From: Candidatus Algichlamydia australiensis
GTDB taxonomy: Bacteria > Chlamydiota > Chlamydiia > Chlamydiales > JAJFMI01
Assembly: GCA_033977065.1 (NCBI GenBank)
Contig: JAXCHI010000003.1
Span: 320,001 to 384,000, forward strand
Direction of reading: 5' to 3'
Length of the DNA stretch: 64,000 nt
Positions 1-10,900 of this stretch are shown in pieces. A program made the position numbers and the translations under genes. Position 1 is the stretch's first letter. Each line of letters opens with the position of its first letter. Under the pieces are notes generated by a model. That model did no database searches. It was given only the letters and a program-made list of their open reading frames with translations, and was not told where the DNA came from.

Positions 1-1
1 G

Positions 2-1933
2 GCTCGCTTCAAACTCGCCATGTTCCAAAACCAGATTGCGGTGATAGAGCCTTTTTTTATCCTTATCGGCAGACTCCAAGCTAGAAAAAAGAGATTCAAC
101 CCAGGGCATTAACGCTTCTGCTGCATATTTTTCTAAAACCTTTATGTTGGATGAGTCGAGAACTACTTCGTGTAAGAAAAATTGTAACTTGAATGTTTCA
201 ATCGGTTCACAGGAGAGAAGGCTGTGGTTAGGATCTCTTTCTAAAGCGTGAGAATTGGGTTTTGTAACCAGATTTCCTCTAGATGGAGAGACTCGATCAA
301 TAGCAGCAATAGGTGCAGTTTTATAAATGAGAGTTTGCTCGCTGTTTGAGGCAAAGGTTGGATCCCCAGCAGTATCTACTGTAAGCTTAATAGATTGGTC
401 AGCTAAATCTTGATTAGACTCTTTTAGGTTGTTCTCAAAAACAAGAGAGCTCTTCGTTATTTTTTCCTCATCGCCCCAAAGCCTATCAGCCGGCATCGAG
501 CTTGGATCAAGAAGTTTTTCGGAGTAAAACCACATCTCAGGGGTTACAGCTAAGATATTTGGTCTGTGTAGCTTTAAAACTAGTTCTTCTTCATTGATTC
601 TCATTTCGAGCTGAGGATGAGAATCCTCCTCAGGAATATTTATGAGAACTTTCCAAGGTTTTTGGTCACCTTCCTTAGGCGCTAAAAAGTGGTAAAATTT
701 TAAAAGTGAGCCACTTAAGGTCTTTGATTTTGTTGCAAGGAGATTCGAATTTGCGCTTATCCTATTAGATGAAGGAAAAGTTTCTAACCGATAACGGACC
801 CACGAGAGCTCATTCGACCTCTCTTTAAGCTTTGCCAAATTCCATAAATATTTCCCTTGCAGGCACTTTGGATCTGCTACACCGGATAAGTAGAGCTTAT
901 TCTTTGGATTTTCACCTTTAAGCTTAATCTCTCTACTTCTCTCTTCACTCGCCTCCCATCGAACTTCAAAATCAAAGCTCTCTTTTTGCGTTGAAACACT
1001 ACCTTGATTCAGCAAAAGCTCTATCTGGTTAACATCCATCAAAGTATAGTGATCTCTGCCTTCAACCCTGTTAATCTTGAGGGATTGTGGGATCCAGATG
1101 GTTGGAGGTCCATACGATCGCTCTCTCTCACCCTCTTGAAAAATGCTTACTCTAAGAGCCGGCTTCAAATAAGTCTCCGAAAATCCTCCCGCTCCACTTA
1201 GCCAGTAGACTCCCATTTCCGGTTGAGGAAACTTTTCTATTCTAACCGCTCTTCCTCCATTTACTCTTTCAGCAAGCTCGATAATCCGATTCTCATGCCT
1301 TCCAAGACGATCTAGAGGCGAAAAAAAATCCTTGTGAGGACATTCAACAAGTTTCCATAAGTATTTTACATCCTCCTGTTGACCAACTTGCCCGTAATAT
1401 TCGTAAAGTAGATTTTTTTCTTCCTCTTTTAGCTTTAATTGGATTTTAGACCGACCAAGAAAAAGCTCTGCCCCTTCTGAAGTCTGATCAACAAGCCACT
1501 CCCACTCTTCGCGATCCTGAAAAGTCTTCTCAAAATTTTTGAAAGTAACTGAACCTGACCTTAGCACCCCCTCGAATCCATCTACACCCTCGCTTTCTCG
1601 ACCATAAGTCTGCGTAATTTCGATCTTTGCGTTGATTTCGATATCTAGCCCACCATCATGGTGGTCGATAGCAATTCTTTGATCAAACAATGTTAGAATT
1701 GAAGGCTCTATTGGGAGGTGTCGAATTCTTAAATCGTCACTGGAAACTGAAACAAAAAATGAATCACCAGCTTCAATCTCTTCTGGCTCTTTCTTTATCT
1801 CTTGATCCCACCAATATTTGTTCACAAAGAGGTTGAGTTCGTATGCACCTGAGAAAGTTTCTAGCGAGCCAATTTTTAGCGTGAGCTTTACAAATTCTTG
1901 CAAGCATTTTAAAGGTTTTAGGCTAAGCGTCAT
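2..1933 (-). CDS. Large hypothetical protein, 5' part only (>=644 aa, runs off the window's left edge); 4th gene of the giant-protein operon
   Basis: ATG at 1933 overlaps the TGA of the 3997-aa ORF (ATGA). Manual translation (MTLSLKPLKCLQEFVKLTLKIGSLETFSGAYELNLFVNKYWWDQ...AIWFLEHGEFEAS) is stop-free to the window edge. Absent from the ORF track because it has no stop in the window. Confidence 0.9.
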   Translation of the reverse strand, partial: MTLSLKPLKCLQEFVKLTLKIGSLETFSGAYELNLFVNKYWWDQEIKKEPEEIEAGDSFFVSVSSDDLRIRHLPIEPSILTLFDQRIAIDHHDGGLDIEINAKIEITQTYGRESEGVDGFEGVLRSGSVTFKNFEKTFQDREEWEWLVDQTSEGAELFLGRSKIQLKLKEEEKNLLYEYYGQVGQQEDVKYLWKLVECPHKDFFSPLDRLGRHENRIIELAERVNGGRAVRIEKFPQPEMGVYWLSGAGGFSETYLKPALRVSIFQEGERERSYGPPTIWIPQSLKINRVEGRDHYTLMDVNQIELLLNQGSVSTQKESFDFEVRWEASEERSREIKLKGENPKNKLYLSGVADPKCLQGKYLWNLAKLKERSNELSWVRYRLETFPSSNRISANSNLLATKSKTLSGSLLKFYHFLAPKEGDQKPWKVLINIPEEDSHPQLEMRINEEELVLKLHRPNILAVTPEMWFYSEKLLDPSSMPADRLWGDEEKITKSSLVFENNLKESNQDLADQSIKLTVDTAGDPTFASNSEQTLIYKTAPIAAIDRVSPSRGNLVTKPNSHALERDPNHSLLSCEPIETFKLQFFLHEVVLDSSNIKVLEKYAAEALMPWVESLFSSLESADKDKKRLYHRNLVLEHGEFEAS

Positions 1934-4900
1934 GATGATACCTCCTCTTCTTCTAGGACAGCAAACTCAGCTTTAGATGCTTCCGCTTGGTTTCTTTTCA
2001 TCTGCAGTACAAACCGACCTGGATCGTGGAAAAGACTTTGATCAGTACTATCTTTATGAGCAATTTTTAGCTTGAATTGCACTTTGTAAGAAAATAGAGT
2101 CTCTGGAGGATCATAACTAGTATCTTGAATCGAATCTAAAACATAATCCTTAAAATACTTTCTCTCTTTTCTATAAAAATCTCCTTCTGAGACATGAGTA
2201 AATTCTATTGGAACGGCCGACTCACTCACTGGCTCAATTTCTAACGATCCTACACTCACAATTGTAAAGGCACTGCTCAATTCCTTTAATCTTGGAAATT
2301 CTTCCTCGTCTTTTCCGTGTCCGTCAGACCATGGCATGTGAAGGGCTGCAACAAGTGTATAGCGGCTACGTCCTTCTGTGCCCTCTTTTACCTTCCAATA
2401 AATACGGTAGACAGAACTTAAATCAGGTAGATCACGCCCACAGAACTCAATGGGACTACTACTATCATCTCCATCACTTAATTTCACCTTAATCGACGCA
2501 GGCTCTTTCACAAGTTCCCTGGGTCTTAAATTATCTATGTGGCGGGAGAGGTAGATAGTAAATTCATAAGTCAAGCTTTTCTCACCGACTTCTCTACTCA
2601 CTTTTGGTATGAATGTATATAAATTTGATGGCTCAACTTTTGCGGAAACAATAGGAAATTCCTTATTTTCGATCGGCAAGGTTTCGCTATCATAGAGGGC
2701 TCGAGCACTCATAAAATAGCGGTGATAATATTGAAGGTCTGTTAGAGTAACGAGCCTCTCGTGGTCCGAAATTCGAATTTTAGGATCAAAGTTCTCTCTC
2801 AATATTTTTTCATCATAAAGATTAAATCTCTCCCACTCAATCGGAGTTTCGCTCTTCCTCATTTCATTGAGAATCGATTCAATAGCAGCTCCTTTTCCAT
2901 CTTCGAGAAGCTCATGGCGAAAAACAAGATCGTATCCTTTATAGCCTGTTCGAACTGAAGCAATTTGCGCTTTTAGGGATCTTGCTGCGTCGCTTGGGAG
3001 CTGGTAGCTGAAGAATGCTTTTGTAGGATGAGGATAGTTATACGCCGGCAACATCTGCTCTATATTTCTACGCTTTACTCCGTATTCAACAGGCTTCAAG
3101 CGAACAAGTTGCATCTTTGATAAAAGGTCTCCATATTCAGGTAGAGGAAAGAGCTCATGGCGGCCAAGTTTCCAATTGATCAGAGGTTCGTACCTAGAGA
3201 CACGGCGAATAGCAACCTGATAACGATGACCAAAGGTATCGGGATGCTGCCAAGACGCTTTGGATACCCCTCCGCTCGATGGAAGAGTCATCCATCTCTG
3301 GCTCACTCTTTCTAAAGGAATCTCAGGAATACTTCCGGGATCTCCATACTTTGAAAATTGCTCTAGCTGAAATGCGATATTTCCAAAGTACTTCTGATAT
3401 CCTTCTGCTTCTGCAGGAAATTGGATACCACGATGTTCGAGTAACCTCAAAAGATTCGAACTATTGTATTGATAGACAGTAATTTGCGAGACTGTTACTC
3501 CAATGGGAAGCTTATCATTTAAAGTAATGATCCATGAGCCTGTTTCTCTACCTTCTTGAATTTTTGTGCTGTGAAAGGCTTTATACCCACCTCCCTCTAA
3601 ATTCACTTCGAAAATATAGGTGTTTTCTTCAATTTCGTCTTTTTCAATCAGCAAATTCTGCTCATCTTTGATCCCAGATATCGTCATTTCGACTCTCTCT
3701 CTTTGGAAAAGAGAGCGCGGCAGTGCTGCGAATTTGACAAATGAGTAGCCATCCACTTGGTCAGTGGATGTTATGCTGTTAGGGGATCTCCCCCTAAGAA
3801 TAAAGGGAAGTGTATCTTCTCGGTTGATGTTAAGCTGATTGATACGTTCTATAAGAAAATCTTGCTGAAGAGACTTCTTCTCTTTTGTAATGATCCCAAT
3901 ATCCGCAGAAAACCCTAGATAATCCATTAAGTTAAAGAAGAAGGGCAAAAAGCTCTTTTGAGAAGGGTAGAGCTCCTCAATGCTTATTTTTTCTTGCTCA
4001 TTGATTCTTAGCGCATTAGGAGCAAAGTATTTGATATCTACAGACTTTGACGGAGTGAGAGTTGGATTGTCCTCAGAAGTCGCTTCAGTTAAAACATTAT
4101 GATGTCTGCCTTTAACAATGCGCTCTTCTTTTTTACCTGCTCCCAAACCATCCAAATGGGTTGTAATCGTTTTTCCTAAAGGAACAACACGAGAGAGAGC
4201 GCTTAAATAAGTATTTTCTTTGTTTTCTTGGTGAACAAATGAATTTCTAAAGCCTTCTAAAACTCTTATCAATTCGGTTTTGACTTTATCAATTTGTTTT
4301 TTCGTTACGTTTGGGTCATGTAAGAAGAGTGCTAAGATTTTCCCGGAATGCTTTTCTACCTTCACATCTCTGAACTCTTCGCAAAGATCCAGCCAGCGAG
4401 GTAGCCCTAAGAGTATATCGCTCTTTTTTTTGTGCCGATCAGCCCCATTTGCAGTAGCAAGCTCTTTTGGGCTTCGGAAAGCAAGAAAGTCATTCACAAC
4501 AAACAAGCGGCGTTGAATGATTCCTAATAGACGTCTTGCAAATTCACGATCTTTTGCTCTCTCAATTGATCCTTCTATCTCTTCATCTTCTTTGCTGTCT
4601 TGATTCAGCTCCTCTTCAATAGCTCCCAATTTCAAAGTGATTTCACTTAAGCTGTCTTTCTTTTCCGTGCCGAGAAAGAGATTGATAAGAGACTGCTCGA
4701 CTTGCTCTTGCACTTCTATCAAAGAATTATCATTAATATTCAACGGAGACTTTTCAAACTTTCCTAGCTGCAAAAGCAGCAATAGCCCGCTCTCATAGCA
4801 CAACTTCCAACTATGTTGCTCAAGAGATAGAGTCCCAACTAAATTATCAATCGCAGTAATAATACCCTGAATAATCTCGGAATCTTGATTATAGTAAAGA

Positions 4901-7900
4901 TCGATAAGGTCTAACTCACCTGAAACAAAAATAGAACTACCCTCTGTATATTGAACGGACTGGCTCTCTAAAATGGACCACAAAGGAGCCTGCCAGTTGG
5001 AAGGGTCTCGAAAATCTTTTCTGCTATTGGCAAAAGCTCTCTTCCCAAGAATCTCACAATACTGCCTCTGTATATCACCCGGCTCATCATGATCTATATG
5101 AAAAATTTCCACTCCACCCTGATTTAAATCTGAAGAGTTGAAATCTGTTTGAATGTAGTTTCTTTTCGCAAGAGGTTGGTAGATGCCGTTGGCGGTAAAT
5201 TCTTCTGGAAAAAGAAACTCCGGCTTCCTACCGACTACATTATCAAAAGCATTCTCTGGAATCCATTCAATTTGATTTACAAATTTAAATTTCACATTTT
5301 GCTCCCATGAGTCTGGAAAAGATCGAACAAGTAGATGCTGAGCTTTTATCAGCTTCTTAGCTCCTTTGGCTCCAATGAAAAATTGATAGCTACAATCTAA
5401 ACGGAAAATCCCATTGCTGGTTATCTGGTAACGACCATCTTGTGGTTTAGAAAGATGAATATATTGCTTTCCTTCTACAGATTCATAAAGTTTTTCCTTT
5501 CTTACCTTTTCAATCGTGGGCTCTTCAGAAAGACCTAGTCCCTCATTGAATTCAGCATCTCCTGCATAAAAGCCTGTCTGCTGAAGCGGCATCTCTTTAA
5601 TCCAAATCTCAAAATCTTCATTATCGAGATCCCAAATCTCTTGGTTTTCCCCTTGAAAGAGGTAGAAAGAACCCGATAGCTCTTCACTTCTATTCTGTAG
5701 CGAATCTACAGAGAAGACAATACTTACCTGATCTGGAAATGAGCTTTTTTCGGGTATATGGAGATATTCCCTTCCCCAAAAAGTGAGCTGAGAAGGATCA
5801 GTTTTTATCGCCGTATCTCCCATCAAAGCTGTCGGTAGGGGTTCTATATAGTAGTCCACATAAGCTTGCCCCTCTCCTTTAGAAAGCCCTAAATCTTTAC
5901 TTTCCACGGCAATTTCATCTCTGTAGAGGTAGGGCTCTACAACGTACTGCGCCTCTCTGCGAATTAGTGTTATTGTGTAGGAGTATAGACCCGGATCTGG
6001 CATTTTACCTACTAAAACCCCTTTCTCCTTATCATAAAAAAGAGTGAATAATTGATTGTTATTTTCTAAGATCACTTCCACATCACTTGACTTTGTCCAG
6101 TCAGATTCAATCTCGATATCACTTAATTCCCTTCCATTGAATGAAGCGCTCCCCCTCTCTATCTCTTCACGCTCTCGATATTTCCAATACTTTGGTTGAA
6201 TCCCATCTGCCACTAGCACAAGTTCGTTATTTTTGTGAGTCCTGCGATAGAGCCTAAAACTTCCTATTTCAAAGAGTTTGTTTTCTTCGAAAACCTTAAT
6301 ATCGACTTTAATTGGAAGACTGAGGACAATTTTCCCACTCTCTTCACCAAATTCTTGAACTTCTGAGGCCACGTAATCTTGTCGAATTTTTAAAAGAGTG
6401 ATTTTGTTTCCCAGCAGATTGGAAGAGGGCAGAGACTCTTGATCTGGGTATGTAAGGTCCATCTCTTCTAGTCGCTTTGCGTCTCCTCGCTGTACGTAGA
6501 TAGACTCCTCATCTTCTCGGAAACGCCCCTCAATAAGGTTATCTGCTCTCTCCTCATCGATTATTCCAAATATTTCAAGAGTACTATTGTCACCCTCTCT
6601 TTTTCTGAAATAACCTGTATCAAAAATTCGTTCATTATCAGAGCTTTTCTCATTCAAATCAGCAATCAAAGCGTTGGTAATCTGCGCCTTTGCCTGTACT
6701 TGATCTTCTTCGGGATCAGGATCTAATCCAGCCCCTTGATTTTGCTTTGTGGCTCGATCGTAATACTTCTCAAATTGCTCAACCATTGATAACTCTTCTC
6801 GACTTATCGAATTGACGTCGACAGAATCAGCAACAGGATTGAAATATGCCGACAAAACATCTTCCGGAAGAAGCTGTGCTTCTTGAGACATAAATTCTCG
6901 CGAAGGCGCTTCTACCCTTGGATCGTAGATCGTTTTTGGCAACTCAGGGGGTTCTTCAATGTAATTTTGATCTAATGTAGATTCTAAAAAGACTGTTTTG
7001 ATTTCACTATTCACAGAAGTTTCTAAATCAAAATAAGAGACGTGCTCATCTACCCATGGAGTATAAAAGATTTTTTTTGGCTTAAAGATAAGCGCCTCAT
7101 CTGAAAGAGCAACTCTATCTAAAAAGCTAAAGTCGCTTTCCGGAGAACCCGAGGTTGGTAAATCTAATGCTAGTGTGAGGTTTTTTTCTTCGGGATGGCT
7201 CTCTTGTACATACCAAATATTTTGATATTTCTTCTCCTCATCAAGAGCAACTTTTAAGATAAGTGGTATTCCAGATTGCCATTCATCAGGATTAAAAGTA
7301 TCCAGCCAGATTTTTATCACTTCTGGACCTTGCGTACTCTCTGCAATATGGGTGACGCTCACCTCTCCCAAGTTACCAACTGCTATTTTTCTTACATCTT
7401 CAACATAGGGACTTGCCTCACTAAAGTTAACCTCTTCATTTTCATTTCTGAATGGGGTGAACCAGAGACTATCAGGAGATGGAATGTAAGTGTGACGAAG
7501 AAGATCCCCCTCTTCCTCGCTCCTCTTCAAGCTCACATAATGGAGCCACTTTTTCGCTCTAGGCTTTACTTGCTCTCTCGCCTCAATTGGTATACCTGCG
7601 CTTAATAAGCTTCGCCTTTTGACTCTTGTGGATCTCGATCTCTCTATCAAGGCATCTAGATCTCGTTCATAAGCAGAAATTTTATTTCTAACACTAGAAA
7701 TAACACCCGTATTGAATGAGAGATGGGGGCTTATGGAGAGCCTATATCCACAAATTGATACAGAGATTGAGACACTGCCATCAAATCCCAATCCTCCCTT
7801 ATCACTTAAAGCTAGGGCCCCGTGAAAGCCTAATTGCAACCTAGCAAGACGGACTCTAAAAGTTTTATGAAAGCTTATTACATACTTTTTCCAAGGTGTA

Positions 7901-10900
7901 CGGATCGAGATTCGAAATCCAATAGTAATAAAAGCATCTACTTGAAATCCTAAATTAGCTCGGACCATCCCATAAAGATCAATGCCTTGAGAGCTAATAA
8001 TCCCACCATATCCAGCTATAAATAATAAGTTCCCACTACAAGTAAAGCCTCCAGGCCCTGCGCGAAAAGTTTGGTGATAGTGTCCACGAATCTGAATCCC
8101 AGCTTTTGTGAGAAGAGCTCCTCGAAAGATCGCAATGCGGTAATTCCCTGAAACAGACATGTCTGCCCCCAGTAGCCTGTCTCTATAGCTTATCTCTTGA
8201 AGATGGTAGTCGACAAGATCGGGTGTCAACCTAAAGGCGAGTCTTGTTGTTGTTTTATCAAGTACTTTTTTTAACAATTCACTGCTTTCAATAGCAGGAT
8301 TCTTTCGAGATTGCAGCTCTACTCCAAGTCTTTGCTGTTTTGTGCTTAATGCAAGCGCACCAACAAGAGCAGGTCGATCATCATTCGCTTCAACATATCC
8401 TACACTAGAAGCGAGCCACAGCTTACCTGCAGCAGCAATATTAAATTCGCTATCTAAGCTTAGAACTAACTTCATAACATAGGCATTAAAGGTATCTGGT
8501 GTGCCTCGGTTTGAAGCAAACATTGCTGACGCTAAAATTGAAACATAGGGACCATTCTCTTTTACAGCTGTCCAGTTTCTAATTTTTTGAGGTTCAATTT
8601 GATCAATTTTCTCAATGATTTCGCGCTCATCTGGCGTCCTACTGATCGCTTTAAGCCGATTGTTTACCCCAACACCCCCACCAATCTTTTTAACAACAAC
8701 CCCAGAGAAGAGTTCTGCCTCAATTTCCATCTCAGCATATATAACTAAATTAACCGCACTCTCCCCATTATATTTTTTGAGCGAACCCATCTTAAGAAGC
8801 GCTTTGAACTCAGGAAATCCTTCAAGCTTGATCGAGCCACTTGCAAAAAAATAACGTTCATTGTTTTCATCGACCCAACCCAATTCTCCAGAAAAGCTTA
8901 CTGCTGGACCAACTTTAGCGGTTATTCCAATTGAGGAGGGTGTTTTTATGCGAAAAGGCTCTCCATACTCTACGACCAGCTCTCCAGAACGAATTTCTAC
9001 ATCTATCACACCTGGACTATTGAAGCGAAAGCCGCAGTTCTTACAGTCGAAACTTCCTGACAACGTGCCCCCAGAGTTATCGAAGCGCCAGCTAAGATCC
9101 AAATCATCAAATTGGCACGTAAAGAGACCATCTAAAATGTCAATTTTAGTTGGTTCCTTAAGCGCCAGTCCCACATCAATTTGAGGAAGATTCAACTCTG
9201 TTAGGTTCAATTTTTTAAATTGAATAGCAGATAGTTTTTTCAAATCAGAGAGATCTGGTATGACTTTCGAAAGCCCTGAAAGAGAGATCTGCCCATCAGC
9301 AAAAGCGCGAAAATCCCACTTTTTTGTCTGAGAAGACCAGGCGATATACAGGTCGATTGCATCGAGCTGCATCTGCAACATATCTAGCTTAAGATCAGCT
9401 AGCGCGCTCTTATCACTATTTTCTAAATTAATCGTAGCAATAACAGATGGCATCTCTCCAGGAGCCTCTTGTCTCAAACCTGCTGATACAGCAGCTTCTA
9501 ATGATTTGAACCCGGGAAGCTGCATTTTCGCAAACAGTGTTGCCTCTTTTATTGTGTTATTAATGATGACAATACAGCTCTTAACCCCATTCGATTCTTC
9601 AACTGGCTTTAACTTCAGATGGCTCAAAAGTTCATCAGAGTCATCAACAAAGACATCGTCAGCCGTTACTTTTGCCTTAACTGAGATTCCTTCAGGATTA
9701 AGTCTCAAAAATGATTTATGAGAGTTTGGAAAACCAAACTCTTCCGGATCGAATCTTTCTAAATCTAAAAGAAATCTTTTCTTTGCCGCCTCTTCTATAT
9801 CCCTTGAAATATCTTCGGGGCTCCCAGATAGATCTACCTCATCGGCCATTCCTCCTGGGAAGTAGAGCCGGATACTCTCCTGTTTCACAGGATCCAACGA
9901 GTTAAATGTAAAACCTAGCTCTCTCTTTTTTAAGTCGAAGTAGGCGTCGCTCCTATCTTCAATGAGGTTTGTATCAGGATGATTCTCTCTTTTGGGAATG
10001 ACGATTGTGAATATTCCAAAGTCAATCAGCTGCTGGCTAGGATTTTTTGGAAGCTGAAGATAAAACTTCTCCGAATCAGGACTTAAAAGCCACTCATCAC
10101 CATCTTTTTCAAACTTTACGTTCCAAAAAAGATCAAATGACTGCTTTTTAATCTGATTATCACCACTATTTTTGTTAGCGCTCTCCCTCGAAATAGAAAG
10201 AGTTAATTTAAGGGGAAGATCTAGCCCAATAATCTCCTCGCCATCTTCAGAAAAGATAGGTCGAGCATATTGCGCAATATCATCTAATAGCTTATTCGCA
10301 GAAGAGATCACAGTATCAATAGCGGGAAGAGCTCCGCCTAGTAGATTTCCTATCTCCATCTGATTCAAGGGAAGAAGAAACGGGACATCAAAGCGCACGG
10401 GAACTTTCTCAATAGCATCAAAATCAATCGGCTCATCTACAAAAATTAAGCCGCTCGCTCTGTCTCTAACTTCTTTGACCCGAGTGTAAGTATAAGCTTG
10501 TTCACCACGAGCTCTATATCGAAGGCGATACCCAACTTCAACAGGGTTTTCGGCTCCATCAAGCAAAATCCGAACACTATTGGGTTCTTCTGAAACTCCA
10601 CCATCTTCAATAAAATAAGAGCCATTAGGCAATGGAAAGAAGATATCTCCAACATCGAAATTTTTATCCTCTAAACTACCAAACTCATCCTCTTGACCTT
10701 CTGAAACTTCCTCTTCCTCACTAGGACTTTCACCCTCGTAAGGATCCTCATTTAGCTCATTCTCTCTTATTTTCCACATGAGTTCTAACATCTCAGGGGT
10801 CATTTGAGACGTTTTCTTGATGAGGTTCGTAATGGGATCGACACTGCAAAGAGTCCCCGGCTCTAAAATAGAGAGCGAGCGTGGTACTTTTATCTCCTCA

